Assembly (NCBI GenBank): GCA_965212525.1 | Contig: CBDBVC010000013.1 | Location: forward strand, 27,522 to 91,521 | Direction of reading: 5' to 3' | Source: Lysobacterales bacterium | Lineage (GTDB): Bacteria > Pseudomonadota > Gammaproteobacteria > Xanthomonadales > SZUA-38 | DNA length: 64,000 nucleotides | In this document: positions 8,996-18,564 of the stretch, piece after piece | How positions within the stretch are numbered: position 1 is the stretch's first letter | How the letters are laid out: the number at the start of each line of letters is the position of its first letter | Made by a program: the position numbers and the translations under genes | The notes under the pieces: model-generated | What the model was told of the DNA's origin: nothing | Databases searched by the model: none | What the model saw: only the letters and a program-made list of their open reading frames with translations

Positions 8996-9844
8996 TCAAC
9001 CCAGGATTTGCTGCCGCATGAACTCAGGCAATTGCTGACTGGCTTTGTGTATGGCCGCATTGTAGTAACGGTTTTCGAGTTCGTCTCCAAGTTCATGACA
9101 GGGGTATTCGGAAAACGAATTCTGCCTGCCAGCCAGGGTTACGCACCACCAGCCTGATGGGTAACAGGGTTGTGGGAACAGAAAATGCCGTACGCTGTCG
9201 AAACCGGCTTCCTTCAGGCGATCCCTGAGGTCGCTCAGCAGCGACTGGTGCAGCAACGGTGATTCACTCTGCATGCCCAGCACACCACCGGACGCGATGG
9301 CTTGATGACAGGCCCTGAAAAAGTCAGTGGATACCAGGCCTTCAGCCATGTCGACCGGGTCGGTGGAATCAACCAGTATCAGATCCTGTGAACCGGGCTC
9401 GCAGGTATCGATCCAGGCGAGGCCGTCCTCAAACAGCAGTTCAGCACGAGGGTCATCATTGGCGACACAGAGCTCTGGAAAGAACTGCTCACTGACACGG
9501 GTTACACGTTCATCGATTTCAATCTGTGTTGCCTGCTTCACCTGCGGATACTTCAGCACCTCTCTGAGGGTACCGCAATCGCCACCGCCGATGATGGCTA
9601 CGCGTGAAGGTACAGTGATCGAATTGATGGCAGGCTGGGCCAGCATCTCGTGGTAGATGAAGTTTTCCCGACCGGTCAGCATCCAGCAACCATCCAGCGC
9701 CATCAGATGGCCGAAATCGGTCGATTCCCAGATCTCTATCAGCTGAAAGTCCGATTGCTCCTCATGCAGTTTACGCCTGACACGAAAACCGATGGAACTG
9801 CCACTGGCATCGAACCGCTCCTCTATCCAGTCCTGTTCATTCAT
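8996..9844 (-). CDS. speE: Polyamine aminopropyltransferase (spermidine synthase)
   Basis: YHEML, IIGGGDCGTLRE, EID, LVDSTDP, YPSGWW motifs; start at ATG 9844 (MNEQDWIEE). Confidence 0.95.
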   Translation of the reverse strand: MNEQDWIEERFDASGSSIGFRVRRKLHEEQSDFQLIEIWESTDFGHLMALDGCWMLTGRENFIYHEMLAQPAINSITVPSRVAIIGGGDCGTLREVLKYPQVKQATQIEIDERVTRVSEQFFPELCVANDDPRAELLFEDGLAWIDTCEPGSQDLILVDSTDPVDMAEGLVSTDFFRACHQAIASGGVLGMQSESPLLHQSLLSDLRDRLKEAGFDSVRHFLFPQPCYPSGWWCVTLAGRQNSFSEYPCHELGDELENRYYNAAIHKASQQLPEFMRQQILG

Positions 9845-9976
9845 CACGCATGTCCGGCTCAGATAATTCGGTGTCGGATTGTATACAGTTTTATCGCCAT
9901 CTGCATGCTGAGAAGTGAAACATCCGGGTATTACACATTGGTTCACATTCCGTTAACAGATGTTGACAAAGTTCGC

Positions 9977-10005
9977 TTGAGTGTCGTCGTATCAATCTCT
10001 AGACT
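9977..10005 (+). promoter_or_regulatory. Putative sigma70 promoter for the candidate sRNA
   Basis: TTGAGT-17 bp-TAGACT. Confidence 0.5.
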
Positions 10006-10010
10006 AAAAA

Positions 10011-10150
10011 CCGTCTCCCCAACCCCCTCATCCATACGCACTCTGGGGGGACATCGCCGTATCCGCTGTGATTTCACAGCGGGTACTTTTGGCGATTCGT
10101 TTTACCTCCCTCGAATTTATGGGCCGGCAATGACCGGCCCATAGTTTTTT
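10011..10150 (+). ncRNA. Candidate small regulatory RNA with C-rich loops
   Basis: Intergenic; four consecutive stems, ACCTCCC loop, terminal GC hairpin plus T6; upstream promoter-like sequence. Confidence 0.55.
10118..10150 (+). terminator. Rho-independent terminator (T run on + strand; may also end the glmU transcript)
   Basis: TATGGGCCGG-CAATGA-CCGGCCCATA-G-TTTTTT. Confidence 0.8.
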
Positions 10151-10167
10151 GTGACACTGCCAGCAGT

Positions 10168-11538
10168 TCAGCCAGATGATTTGACAGGCTTTTGCCAGCC
10201 CGGCACTGTTTTCTGGCGGCTTCTTGACAGTGTCAGCGCGTCATCAGGAGTGTCCTTCGTGATCGTGGAGCCGGCGCCGATGACCGCATTGCGGCCAATA
10301 CTGACCGGCGCCACCAGCTGTGAATCCGAGCCGATGAAGGCACCATCACCGATCTCGGTCTGATACTTGTTGACGCCATCGTAATTGCAGGTGATGGTGC
10401 CGGCACCGATGTTGACACCATCTCCGATTCGCGCATCACCCAGGTAACTGAGATGATTGGCCTTGCTGCCGACACCCAGCGATGCTTTCTTGATCTCCAC
10501 AAAATTACCCACCCGCGTCTGCCGGGACAGACGTGTACCCGGCCTGAGTCTGGCAAAGGGGCCAATATCGCAATCACCATCGGTGACCACACCCTCGAGC
10601 ACTGAATAGGCCTGAACGCGTGTTTCTGGACCCAGAACACAGTCGGTCAGTACACAGCCGGGACCAATCCGACAGCCATCGCCCAGTGTGTTTTTGCCCT
10701 CGAAAACGGTATTGATATCGATATGCACACCCTCGCCCACGTCCATGTCGCCACGAATGTCGATTCGGGCACGGTCGGCAATCGTCACGCCCTTTTCGCA
10801 CAGGACATCGGCGGTGCGCTGCTGGTACAACCGTTCCAGAACAGACAACTGCAAGCGGTCATTGGCACCGAGGATCTCATCTGCAACGCGACATCGCACC
10901 GCCGAGACGGGCATGCCCCTGCTGCGTGCCACTTCGATCACATCGGTCAGATAGATTTCGGCGCGGTCATGATGTTCGGCGACATGCGTCAGACATTCGC
11001 TGATCACTGAAACCGGGCCTGCCATCATGCCACTGTTGACTTCCTGTATGGCCAGCTGTTGATCATCGGCATCCCTGTCTTCAACTATCTGCGTCAGTGA
11101 ATCGTTCTCATCCCGAACAATACGTCCATAGCCACCCGGATCCTGCAGGTTGGCCGTGAGAATGGCAGGTCCCTCCTGCGAGGCATCAATCAACCGCTTC
11201 AGGCTATCGAGTTCCAGCAGGGGTGTATCGCCTAACAGCACCAGTATTCGGGCATTCGCTTCGATATCGGGACATGCCTGCATCACTGCGTGGCCGGTTC
11301 CAAGTTGCTGTTGCTGATCAACCCAGTTGACGTCGTAATCTGAAAATTGCTGCTTGACCAGATGCGATTTGTGGCCAATCACCACATGAATGCATTCAGG
11401 TTCTGTCCGGGCCGCCAGCTCGAGTACGTGCTGCAGCATTGGGCGCCCGGCAACTTGTTGCAGGACCTTGGGTAAATCCGATTGCATGCGCTTGCCCTGA
11501 CCGGCTGCCAGGATGACGATGTGTAGGGGTTTTGGCAT
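10168..11538 (-). CDS. glmU: Bifunctional UDP-GlcNAc pyrophosphorylase / glucosamine-1-phosphate N-acetyltransferase
   Basis: ILAAGQGKRM...LPKVL, QLGTGHAV, hexapeptide repeats, HLSYLGD, GAGTITCNYDG. Confidence 0.98.
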   Translation of the reverse strand: MPKPLHIVILAAGQGKRMQSDLPKVLQQVAGRPMLQHVLELAARTEPECIHVVIGHKSHLVKQQFSDYDVNWVDQQQQLGTGHAVMQACPDIEANARILVLLGDTPLLELDSLKRLIDASQEGPAILTANLQDPGGYGRIVRDENDSLTQIVEDRDADDQQLAIQEVNSGMMAGPVSVISECLTHVAEHHDRAEIYLTDVIEVARSRGMPVSAVRCRVADEILGANDRLQLSVLERLYQQRTADVLCEKGVTIADRARIDIRGDMDVGEGVHIDINTVFEGKNTLGDGCRIGPGCVLTDCVLGPETRVQAYSVLEGVVTDGDCDIGPFARLRPGTRLSRQTRVGNFVEIKKASLGVGSKANHLSYLGDARIGDGVNIGAGTITCNYDGVNKYQTEIGDGAFIGSDSQLVAPVSIGRNAVIGAGSTITKDTPDDALTLSRSRQKTVPGWQKPVKSSG

Positions 11539-11921
11539 GATATCGCCTGTCGATTTGTACAGCTCAAGTCTAGCATAGACGCCGCTGCGAGCCCGATCGT
11601 GAAGCGATGTTCAATTCGCTCAGTGGCACTGCCATCATACCGACAGGTGACTGACCGCACTGGGACACGACAATGGCATGACGTGTTCGGGTTTCATAGG
11701 GTAAAGGTCAGATGACAGTCTTATTGGAGGGAATGCTGAAGATGAAGCAAGGCAATTTGCCGTCCTTGGCATTCCACATGGGAGGGATCCTTTCCACTTT
11801 CCTCTGCTTGCTGCGGGAGTATTATCTCCAATCAAGCCGCTGTACCATAAGGTCGATCTGTCCTGTCAGCGTGTAGGAAAATTGCCATAGCCCGTGTAGG
11901 GCACCAACATGGGAGCCACAT

Positions 11922-12362
11922 TTGATTTCTCTGTTACAGCGAGTGACGCATGCCTGCGTGCATATCAATGATGAAAAGGTTGCGCGTATCGGTCAGGGCC
12001 TGCTGGTGCTGAACGGTTTCGAGCCGGACGATGATGAGCGTGTGCTCAGACGAATGCTTGAGCGCCTGCTGGCCTATCGTGTATTTCCCGATGATGCTGG
12101 CAGGATGAACCGGTCTCTGCTGGATATATCCGGTGAATTGCTGCTGGTGCCGCAGTTCACCCTGGCAGCCGATACTCGAAGTGGTAATCGACCCGGTTTC
12201 TCAACGGCCGCTGCACCCGAATTGGGTCAGAGGCTGTTCGAAAGATTCCTTGCCATCGCCAGACAGGAATTGCCGGAAATTCAGTGCGGCAAATTTGGTG
12301 CCGACATGCAGGTCAGCTTGACGAATGATGGGCCGGTGACGTTTTGGTTACACGTCCACTGA
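11922..12362 (+). CDS. dtd: D-aminoacyl-tRNA deacylase
   Basis: LLQRV, VPQFTL, FGADMQVSLTNDGPVT. Confidence 0.96.
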   Translation: MISLLQRVTHACVHINDEKVARIGQGLLVLNGFEPDDDERVLRRMLERLLAYRVFPDDAGRMNRSLLDISGELLLVPQFTLAADTRSGNRPGFSTAAAPELGQRLFERFLAIARQELPEIQCGKFGADMQVSLTNDGPVTFWLHVH

Positions 12363-13401
12363 GTTCATAGGCCTTGTGCATGAACTCGGCAATGATGGCT
12401 TCTCCCGTGGTGCCATCGGAGGGTTCTTCACCATAGACTTCCCGCATGTGATCACAGAGGCTGGTCAGCAGGGGAGCATTCTCTTCCTTCAGCGGCCCGA
12501 GAATGGTCTGGCCTATCTTCGAATCGAACTGGTGCAGCGTGAAGAAATAGCCTTCCTGCCCGTTGGTGAGAAAACCGAGCGCCGGTTTGGCCGATTCGAC
12601 ACCCAGGTCGCGCTTGCAGCGGTATTCGATTTCCTTGCATAGACGAACCGCACTCTTGGTGAACCTCAGGAACGGTTCGGCCACATTGGCCGTATCCAGA
12701 TCCGATGCGATCAGCGTCAGTCGAGCACGACGCTTGAGGACGGGATCTTCGCGCCAGTCGGGGCTCTCCCTGTCCATGGCCTGCACCAGAATCGGTGCCA
12801 TCGCACCACAGGAGGAGGCAGCCTCGGGTGGTGAAATGTTGGGATTATTCTTGGGCTGCACGTTGAAGGTCGAGCCGGCGATCATCATCTCCAGGTCATC
12901 ATAAACGTCATGATGCTCTTCACGATCAAAGCCCGCGATATCGAGAATTCGATGAGCCTCGTGAATACTGGCCTGTTCGTTGGCACCGATGACGGCATCG
13001 TGATCGGGCACCTCGCGCTGACGCAGGTCATGCATCGCTGCAAACATGGTGAGCATGACCCAGTCCAGCGGTGGCAGCACATCCGGACTTGAATTCTCAC
13101 ACAGATAATCGATGCGATCGGACAGGATCTCGACCACATGGGTTTCATTATGATAATGGTGCAGGTCTTCGCCCCAGCTGCCGTATCGTCTTGCCATCCT
13201 GGCATAGCTGATGATCAGTGCTACTTCAGTCCTGTCGAGAAAATCGTCATGCTCGTGCCCGAATGTGGCAACAAACTTGTCCCGGCGCTGCTTCAGATAA
13301 CGAAGGAATGCCGGATCATTTTCAGATAACAGTCCACGCGCTGTCCTGATATTGGCAACTTCGAGCTCGATACTGTCAGGCGTGCTTCGCTGGTTAGACA
13401 T
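12313..13401 (-). CDS. HD-superfamily metal-dependent phosphohydrolase (PDEase-like motifs)
   Basis: YHNETH, AAMHDL, ASDLD motifs; 3' end overlaps dtd by 50 bp. Confidence 0.7.
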   Translation of the reverse strand: MSNQRSTPDSIELEVANIRTARGLLSENDPAFLRYLKQRRDKFVATFGHEHDDFLDRTEVALIISYARMARRYGSWGEDLHHYHNETHVVEILSDRIDYLCENSSPDVLPPLDWVMLTMFAAMHDLRQREVPDHDAVIGANEQASIHEAHRILDIAGFDREEHHDVYDDLEMMIAGSTFNVQPKNNPNISPPEAASSCGAMAPILVQAMDRESPDWREDPVLKRRARLTLIASDLDTANVAEPFLRFTKSAVRLCKEIEYRCKRDLGVESAKPALGFLTNGQEGYFFTLHQFDSKIGQTILGPLKEENAPLLTSLCDHMREVYGEEPSDGTTGEAIIAEFMHKAYELSGRVTKTSPAHHSSS

Positions 13402-13514
13402 TAAGTGTTTGTTATTTCAGATCGCCGTTGCGCTGCGACCCGTTCCCCTGCATGTCATTGATAAATAAACCCTACACGTTCGCGACGCAAACGTCCATAG
13501 TTCTGCACCCGAGA

Positions 13515-14144
13515 TCATCCCCCGCTGCGTGTGTTTGCTGTCCGGTTGGCATTGGTTCCGGGAAATGCCAGCGACGAACCTGCATTGACGGCTGAATTAC
13601 CTGGTGCATTCGGGTTCTGGATCGATTGCTGTTTCATGTGAAAGGTCACCGGTCCGGCACTCGCCAGAATGATCCCTTTCGAATCCACGATCTCCATGAT
13701 CAGCTGGTGTTCTCCGCGAAAGATGTCCGTGAGCTCGGCCACAAAACTGGTTTCCTGGGTCTGCAGTTCACCATCAATATAGAAGCGAACCGAATCACCA
13801 CGTCGCAAGGTCTGGTCAGACTGTGCAGCTGCAGTCAGTTTGCCACCGGTACCCCAGAGGTTTTCATCCTCGGTCGGTGAGGTGATGATGAAATTGCTGT
13901 AAAGCTCAATGTCTTCAAGCGGTTGTGGATCCGGCTGGACAGGCGCCTCTGGCTGAATTGGCTTGAATGCTTCAACCACCGTAATGGGTGCAAGCTCGAG
14001 CGGTTCAGCATTTTCGTTGGGCGGCTGATCGGTGTACACGACATTGCCGTTCTCGTCGTAGGTCTTGTAAATATCCTGTGCGACAGTGACTGCAGAGGTA
14101 AAGACACTGGTAGCCAGGATGGAGAACATGGTCAATCGCAACAT
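13515..14144 (-). CDS. DUF4124 domain-containing exported protein
   Basis: Signal peptide then IYKTYDENGNVVYTDQPP; C-terminal Ig-like segment (FRGEHQL). Confidence 0.85.
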   Translation of the reverse strand: MLRLTMFSILATSVFTSAVTVAQDIYKTYDENGNVVYTDQPPNENAEPLELAPITVVEAFKPIQPEAPVQPDPQPLEDIELYSNFIITSPTEDENLWGTGGKLTAAAQSDQTLRRGDSVRFYIDGELQTQETSFVAELTDIFRGEHQLIMEIVDSKGIILASAGPVTFHMKQQSIQNPNAPGNSAVNAGSSLAFPGTNANRTANTRSGG

Positions 14145-14220
14145 GGGCGAATGCTCCGGATACAATCTCTTTTCATTGTAGCAGCTGCCGTGAAGCAAGC
14201 GAAGCCGTTGAAATAAGGAC

Positions 14221-14253
14221 AAAAAAAGCCGGTGTCATGTCGACACCGGCTTT
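14221..14253 (-). terminator. Rho-independent terminator of glnA
   Basis: GCCGGTGTC/GACACCGGC stem with T7 on the minus strand. Confidence 0.85.
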
Positions 14254-14270
14254 CTGGTCCAGCAATCGCC

Positions 14271-15680
14271 TTACAGCGAGTAGTACATGTCGAATTCGAC
14301 CGGATGCGTGGTCATCCTGAATCGTGTCACCTCGTCCATCTTGAGGGCGATGTAGGCATCGATCAGGTCATCGGACATGACGCCGCCCACCTTGAGGAAT
14401 TCACGGTCAGAATCCAGCGCTTCAAGCGCCTGATCCAGTGAGTGACAGACTGTCGGAATGTTCTTCTCTTCTTCCGGTGGCAGATCATAGAGATCCTTGT
14501 CCATGGGTGCACCCGGGTCAATCTTGTTTCGGATGCCGTCAAGACCGGCCATCATCATGGCGACGAAGGTGAAATACGGGTTGCCGGTTGAATCACCAAA
14601 GCGAATTTCAATCCGTCGTGCCTTAGGACTCTCGACAAACGGGATGCGGCAAGAGGCTGAACGGTTGCGGGCAGAATAGGCCAGCAGCACGGGTGCTTCG
14701 AAGCCTGGCACCAGACGCTTGTAACTGTTGGTGGATGCATTGGCAAAGGCATTGATTGCCCGTGCATGCTTGAAGATGCCTCCGATATAATGCAGTGCCG
14801 TCTCGGAAAGCCCGCCGTAGCCTTCACCGCTGAACAGATTGTTGCCTTCCTTGGACAGCGACTGGTGAACGTGCATTCCGCTGCCGTTGTCACCGACGAC
14901 CGGCTTCGGCATGAAGGTGGCGGTCTTGCCATAGGCATGGGCCACATTCTGTACCACGTACTTGAGCGTCAGTACCTCATCGGCCTTCTTCAGCAGGGTG
15001 TTGAATCGTGTGCCGATTTCACACTGGCCAGCGGTTGCCACCTCGTGGTGATGCACCTCGACGGGCAGCCCCATGGCTTCCATGGTGGTACACATGGCAG
15101 AACGAAGGTCATGCAGGGAATCCACAGGTGGTACGGGAAAATAACCACCCTTGACGCCCGGGCGATGACCCACATTGCCATGATCGTATTTTGTATTGGT
15201 GTTCCAGGCCGCTTCTTCCGAATCGATGCGGTAGGAATTACCCTTCATGTCATCTGTCCAGCGGACATTGTCGAAGACGAAGAATTCAGGCTCGGGACCG
15301 AAAAATGCAGTATCAGCCAGTCCGGTGGAAAGCAGGTACTCCTGAGCGCGTCGCGCAGTCGAGCGCGGGCAACGGTCATAGCCTTCCATGGTGTTGGGTT
15401 CGAGAACATCACAGCGAATGTTCAGTGTCAGCTCTTCGGCAAATGGGTCCAGTACGGCCGTCTCGGGGTCTGGCATCAGGATCATGTCCGATTCATTGAT
15501 CCCCTTCCAGCCGGATATCGATGAACCGTCGAACATCTTGCCATCTTCGAACAGGGATTCATCAACTACAGAGGCAGGTACGGTGACGTGCTGCTCCTTG
15601 CCAAGGGTGTCGCAAAAACGAAGATCGACGAAACGTATCTCATCATCCTCGATGCGCTTCAGTATCGTATCAGCAGGCAT
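14271..15680 (-). CDS. glnA: Glutamine synthetase type I
   Basis: FDGSSI, HHHEVA, ATFMPKP...[17 protein letters not shown], adenylylation site DLYDLP. Confidence 0.99.
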   Translation of the reverse strand: MPADTILKRIEDDEIRFVDLRFCDTLGKEQHVTVPASVVDESLFEDGKMFDGSSISGWKGINESDMILMPDPETAVLDPFAEELTLNIRCDVLEPNTMEGYDRCPRSTARRAQEYLLSTGLADTAFFGPEPEFFVFDNVRWTDDMKGNSYRIDSEEAAWNTNTKYDHGNVGHRPGVKGGYFPVPPVDSLHDLRSAMCTTMEAMGLPVEVHHHEVATAGQCEIGTRFNTLLKKADEVLTLKYVVQNVAHAYGKTATFMPKPVVGDNGSGMHVHQSLSKEGNNLFSGEGYGGLSETALHYIGGIFKHARAINAFANASTNSYKRLVPGFEAPVLLAYSARNRSASCRIPFVESPKARRIEIRFGDSTGNPYFTFVAMMMAGLDGIRNKIDPGAPMDKDLYDLPPEEEKNIPTVCHSLDQALEALDSDREFLKVGGVMSDDLIDAYIALKMDEVTRFRMTTHPVEFDMYYSL

Positions 15681-15807
15681 TGTGGTCGCTTCCTATGAGA
15701 GATTTTGAACGGAGCTGTGAGTATATCGAAATGATGCCAAAAGGACAGAAGAGAATTAGAGCAATCCATCTAATTTCTGCCTCTGGACAGGCATCATTGC
15801 GGCGGCT

Positions 15808-16452
15808 TCAGCCCCGGTTTGCAGCCAGTTCGTCGAGATCCGGATGCAGTGAATATCGTACTGACAATGTTGCCTGGTCAATGATGTGATCGGTGATTGC
15901 CGAAGCCACATCTGCCGATGTGAAGACTTCGGGCAGATCCAGACGCTCGACATCGAGGGCATACACCGTGAAATGATAATGGTGCATGCGTTCATCGTTC
16001 CAGGGTGGGCAGGGCCCATCGTATCCATGGTACTGACCCGCCATCTCGCCACCGGCAAAGAAACCGGTGTAATCATTCAGCCCCTGACGGCTGCCGGCCG
16101 GACCCGGCGGATTCTGCTTTCCGCCTACAGTCACCTCAGCAGAACAGGCCTTTTCTTCCAGCTGTCGTGTATCAGAGGGAATATTGATCATCGACCAGTG
16201 ACAGAAATCACAGCGAGGCAGGTCGACAGGGATCATCTCCTGTTCGGTATTGACCAGTTCCGGCACAGTAGGCACATCCGGATCGATACAGAGCAACGCA
16301 AAGGATTTGGTGCCGTCCGGTACATCCTGCCATTCAAGCTGTGGGCTGACATTGTCAGACAGCGCCATGTGGTTGTCTGCATCAATACGGCCGAATGCGT
16401 ATCTTGCCAGCATGAACCTGCCATTCTCTATACTGATGGAAGTCAGCTTCAT
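15808..16452 (-). CDS. YbhB/YbcL family Raf kinase inhibitor-like (PEBP) protein
   Basis: SP.L.W, DPDVP, HW, YDGPCPP, HHYHFTVYALD. Confidence 0.93.
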   Translation of the reverse strand: MKLTSISIENGRFMLARYAFGRIDADNHMALSDNVSPQLEWQDVPDGTKSFALLCIDPDVPTVPELVNTEQEMIPVDLPRCDFCHWSMINIPSDTRQLEEKACSAEVTVGGKQNPPGPAGSRQGLNDYTGFFAGGEMAGQYHGYDGPCPPWNDERMHHYHFTVYALDVERLDLPEVFTSADVASAITDHIIDQATLSVRYSLHPDLDELAANRG

Positions 16453-16482
16453 GGACTGATTACCTCTGCGTCATGTTGATTG

Positions 16483-18561
16483 TCAATGGATGCTCGTTGC
16501 ATCACCATCTGCCGGGTTCATCAGTGCCGGATAGTGGCTGTGATGTCCCGTCGGATAATAAGCCATCAGATTCCCGGTGCCCGCCAGTCGTGTCTGCATG
16601 TCCACCGAAAGGTCATCATAGGTAATCTGATGTTCACCCAGCAGGGCATCCAGCGAATTCAGCGCGTTCTGAAGATCGTCAATACAATTGATTTCTACCA
16701 CGTTCAGACCAGCCCGGCTTCTTGCCAGTTCCAGCTGACTGTTGAATCCGGCAGTTGCGGCTTCGCTCAGGACATAGCCCTGCTGCCAGCCACACAGTTT
16801 GCCATGCAGCAACAGATCCTCGGCTTCACGATTGACCACCAGCAATGTTGCCTGTGGAAACACTCGTGCAATTGTTGCCACATCGAACTGTTCAACCGGC
16901 AGGTAATCAAGACCGATCACACGATCAGCCACTTTTTCACGCTGCCGCTGCCAGCTGTTCCAGTACTGACGTCGCGCACTGTGGACATCGTCATCGGTCA
17001 TCGATCCCAGTTCGTCATGACCGGGACTGTGCTGCAGGATGTCGTTGCGATCAGCCTGTGCGAAGAAACGGTCATCTATCACCTCGATGCTGGCCTGCTC
17101 ATCCATCGAGCTGGCCAGCTCGGAAACGCCACTGCCTGGCAGGCCGACCAGAAAGACAGGATCACCACGATCATCATCGGGTGTCTGCGTTGGCCACTCT
17201 TTCAGCAGATCAGCGCTGGCGCTGGCAGGTATCCTGATCTCGGCAATTGGATAAGTGGCCATCTCGGCTATTGACTGGGCAGCCGCATCGTAATCGCCGG
17301 CGGCATCGTATGCACGCGCTTTCATGCCGTTGATATGTATCCGGCTGGTGTCATCGTGACTCTGTTCGATGCGGTTGAGATAGTCGATAGATGCATCACT
17401 CTGTCCCATTGCCATGGACAGGCTGGCCAGCGCATACAGCGCAGCGTCCGGGTTACTGATGACTTCGAGCGAAGATTCCAGCAATGCAATGGCATCGTCC
17501 TCCCTGCCCTGCATTTCGCGCAATTGTGCAAGACTCAGCACAGTCTGTGTATCGGCAGGGTTGGCGGCATGCACGGCTTCAAGGTAATCTTCCGCCTCAT
17601 TGGTTGAACCCACCTCCAGCAGGGCACGCCCAAGCTTGGCATGGATGCGTCCAACGGGAGAATTATCATCAATCAATGCCTGATAGCACTGGATTGCCGT
17701 GGTCGCATCCGACAGGGCCAGCAGGCTGTCAGCCAGTTTTTCAATCACCAGTGGGTGACCTCGCTGAATCGTCAGCGCCTGCTGGAAATGTCGGCTGGCA
17801 CCCGCAAAGTCGCCGTCGACCACGTCCGCATCACCCAGGCCCACCTGTGCCTCGAAATGCTCCGGCTGATCCGACAGGATGGCATTGAACATCTCCCTCG
17901 CCTCAGACGTCCGGCCGCCTGCCAGCACCGACTGTGCCAGCAGGGTTTTGAGTTTGACCGATTCGGGTCGTTGCGCCAGACACTTGTTGAAACATTCCTC
18001 GGCGAACGCAGGCGTTCCCTTGTAGAGAAATGCTTCACCGAGTGACGCCAGTGGGGCAAGCTCGTTTGGCGATCTGTCCAGCGCATCCTGGAAATGCGTG
18101 ATGGCGCGATCAACGTTACCCTTCGCAAGACGCACATTGCCCAGGTTGGTCATGGCCTGAATCGATTCGGGCTCCAGCCTGATTGCTGTCGAGAGGTTTT
18201 TTTCGGCACTGTCCAGATCACCGCTGAGATACTGCAGATAACCCAGGGTATTGTGTGCCTGTGGCAGGTTGGGGTTCAGCTCCAGTGCACGGCTCATGCT
18301 GCCCAGGGCATCTTCCAGCATGCCCGAGCGGTGCTCGATGGAGGCCAGTGTGGCATAGAATGCGGCGGCATTGGCCTGCAGACCGATGGCCTTCTTCACC
18401 GTGGTTCTGGCGTCGTCGAGCTCCCCCTGTTCCATCCGTGTGATCGCCAGCAGATGCAGGATTTCTATGTTATCCGGTTCCTGATCCAGCATTTTTCGAT
18501 ACAGTGACTCTGCACCCGCAAAATCACCGGTCCGGTGTTTGTCCATCGCTTCTTCAAGCAC
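16483..18561 (-). CDS. TPR protein with degenerate C-terminal sulfotransferase-like domain
   Basis: Many TPR units; PVFLVGLPGSGVS resembles the sulfotransferase P.F.VG.PRSGTT loop. Confidence 0.8.
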   Translation of the reverse strand: MLEEAMDKHRTGDFAGAESLYRKMLDQEPDNIEILHLLAITRMEQGELDDARTTVKKAIGLQANAAAFYATLASIEHRSGMLEDALGSMSRALELNPNLPQAHNTLGYLQYLSGDLDSAEKNLSTAIRLEPESIQAMTNLGNVRLAKGNVDRAITHFQDALDRSPNELAPLASLGEAFLYKGTPAFAEECFNKCLAQRPESVKLKTLLAQSVLAGGRTSEAREMFNAILSDQPEHFEAQVGLGDADVVDGDFAGASRHFQQALTIQRGHPLVIEKLADSLLALSDATTAIQCYQALIDDNSPVGRIHAKLGRALLEVGSTNEAEDYLEAVHAANPADTQTVLSLAQLREMQGREDDAIALLESSLEVISNPDAALYALASLSMAMGQSDASIDYLNRIEQSHDDTSRIHINGMKARAYDAAGDYDAAAQSIAEMATYPIAEIRIPASASADLLKEWPTQTPDDDRGDPVFLVGLPGSGVSELASSMDEQASIEVIDDRFFAQADRNDILQHSPGHDELGSMTDDDVHSARRQYWNSWQRQREKVADRVIGLDYLPVEQFDVATIARVFPQATLLVVNREAEDLLLHGKLCGWQQGYVLSEAATAGFNSQLELARSRAGLNVVEINCIDDLQNALNSLDALLGEHQITYDDLSVDMQTRLAGTGNLMAYYPTGHHSHYPALMNPADGDATSIH

Positions 18562-18564
18562 GAT

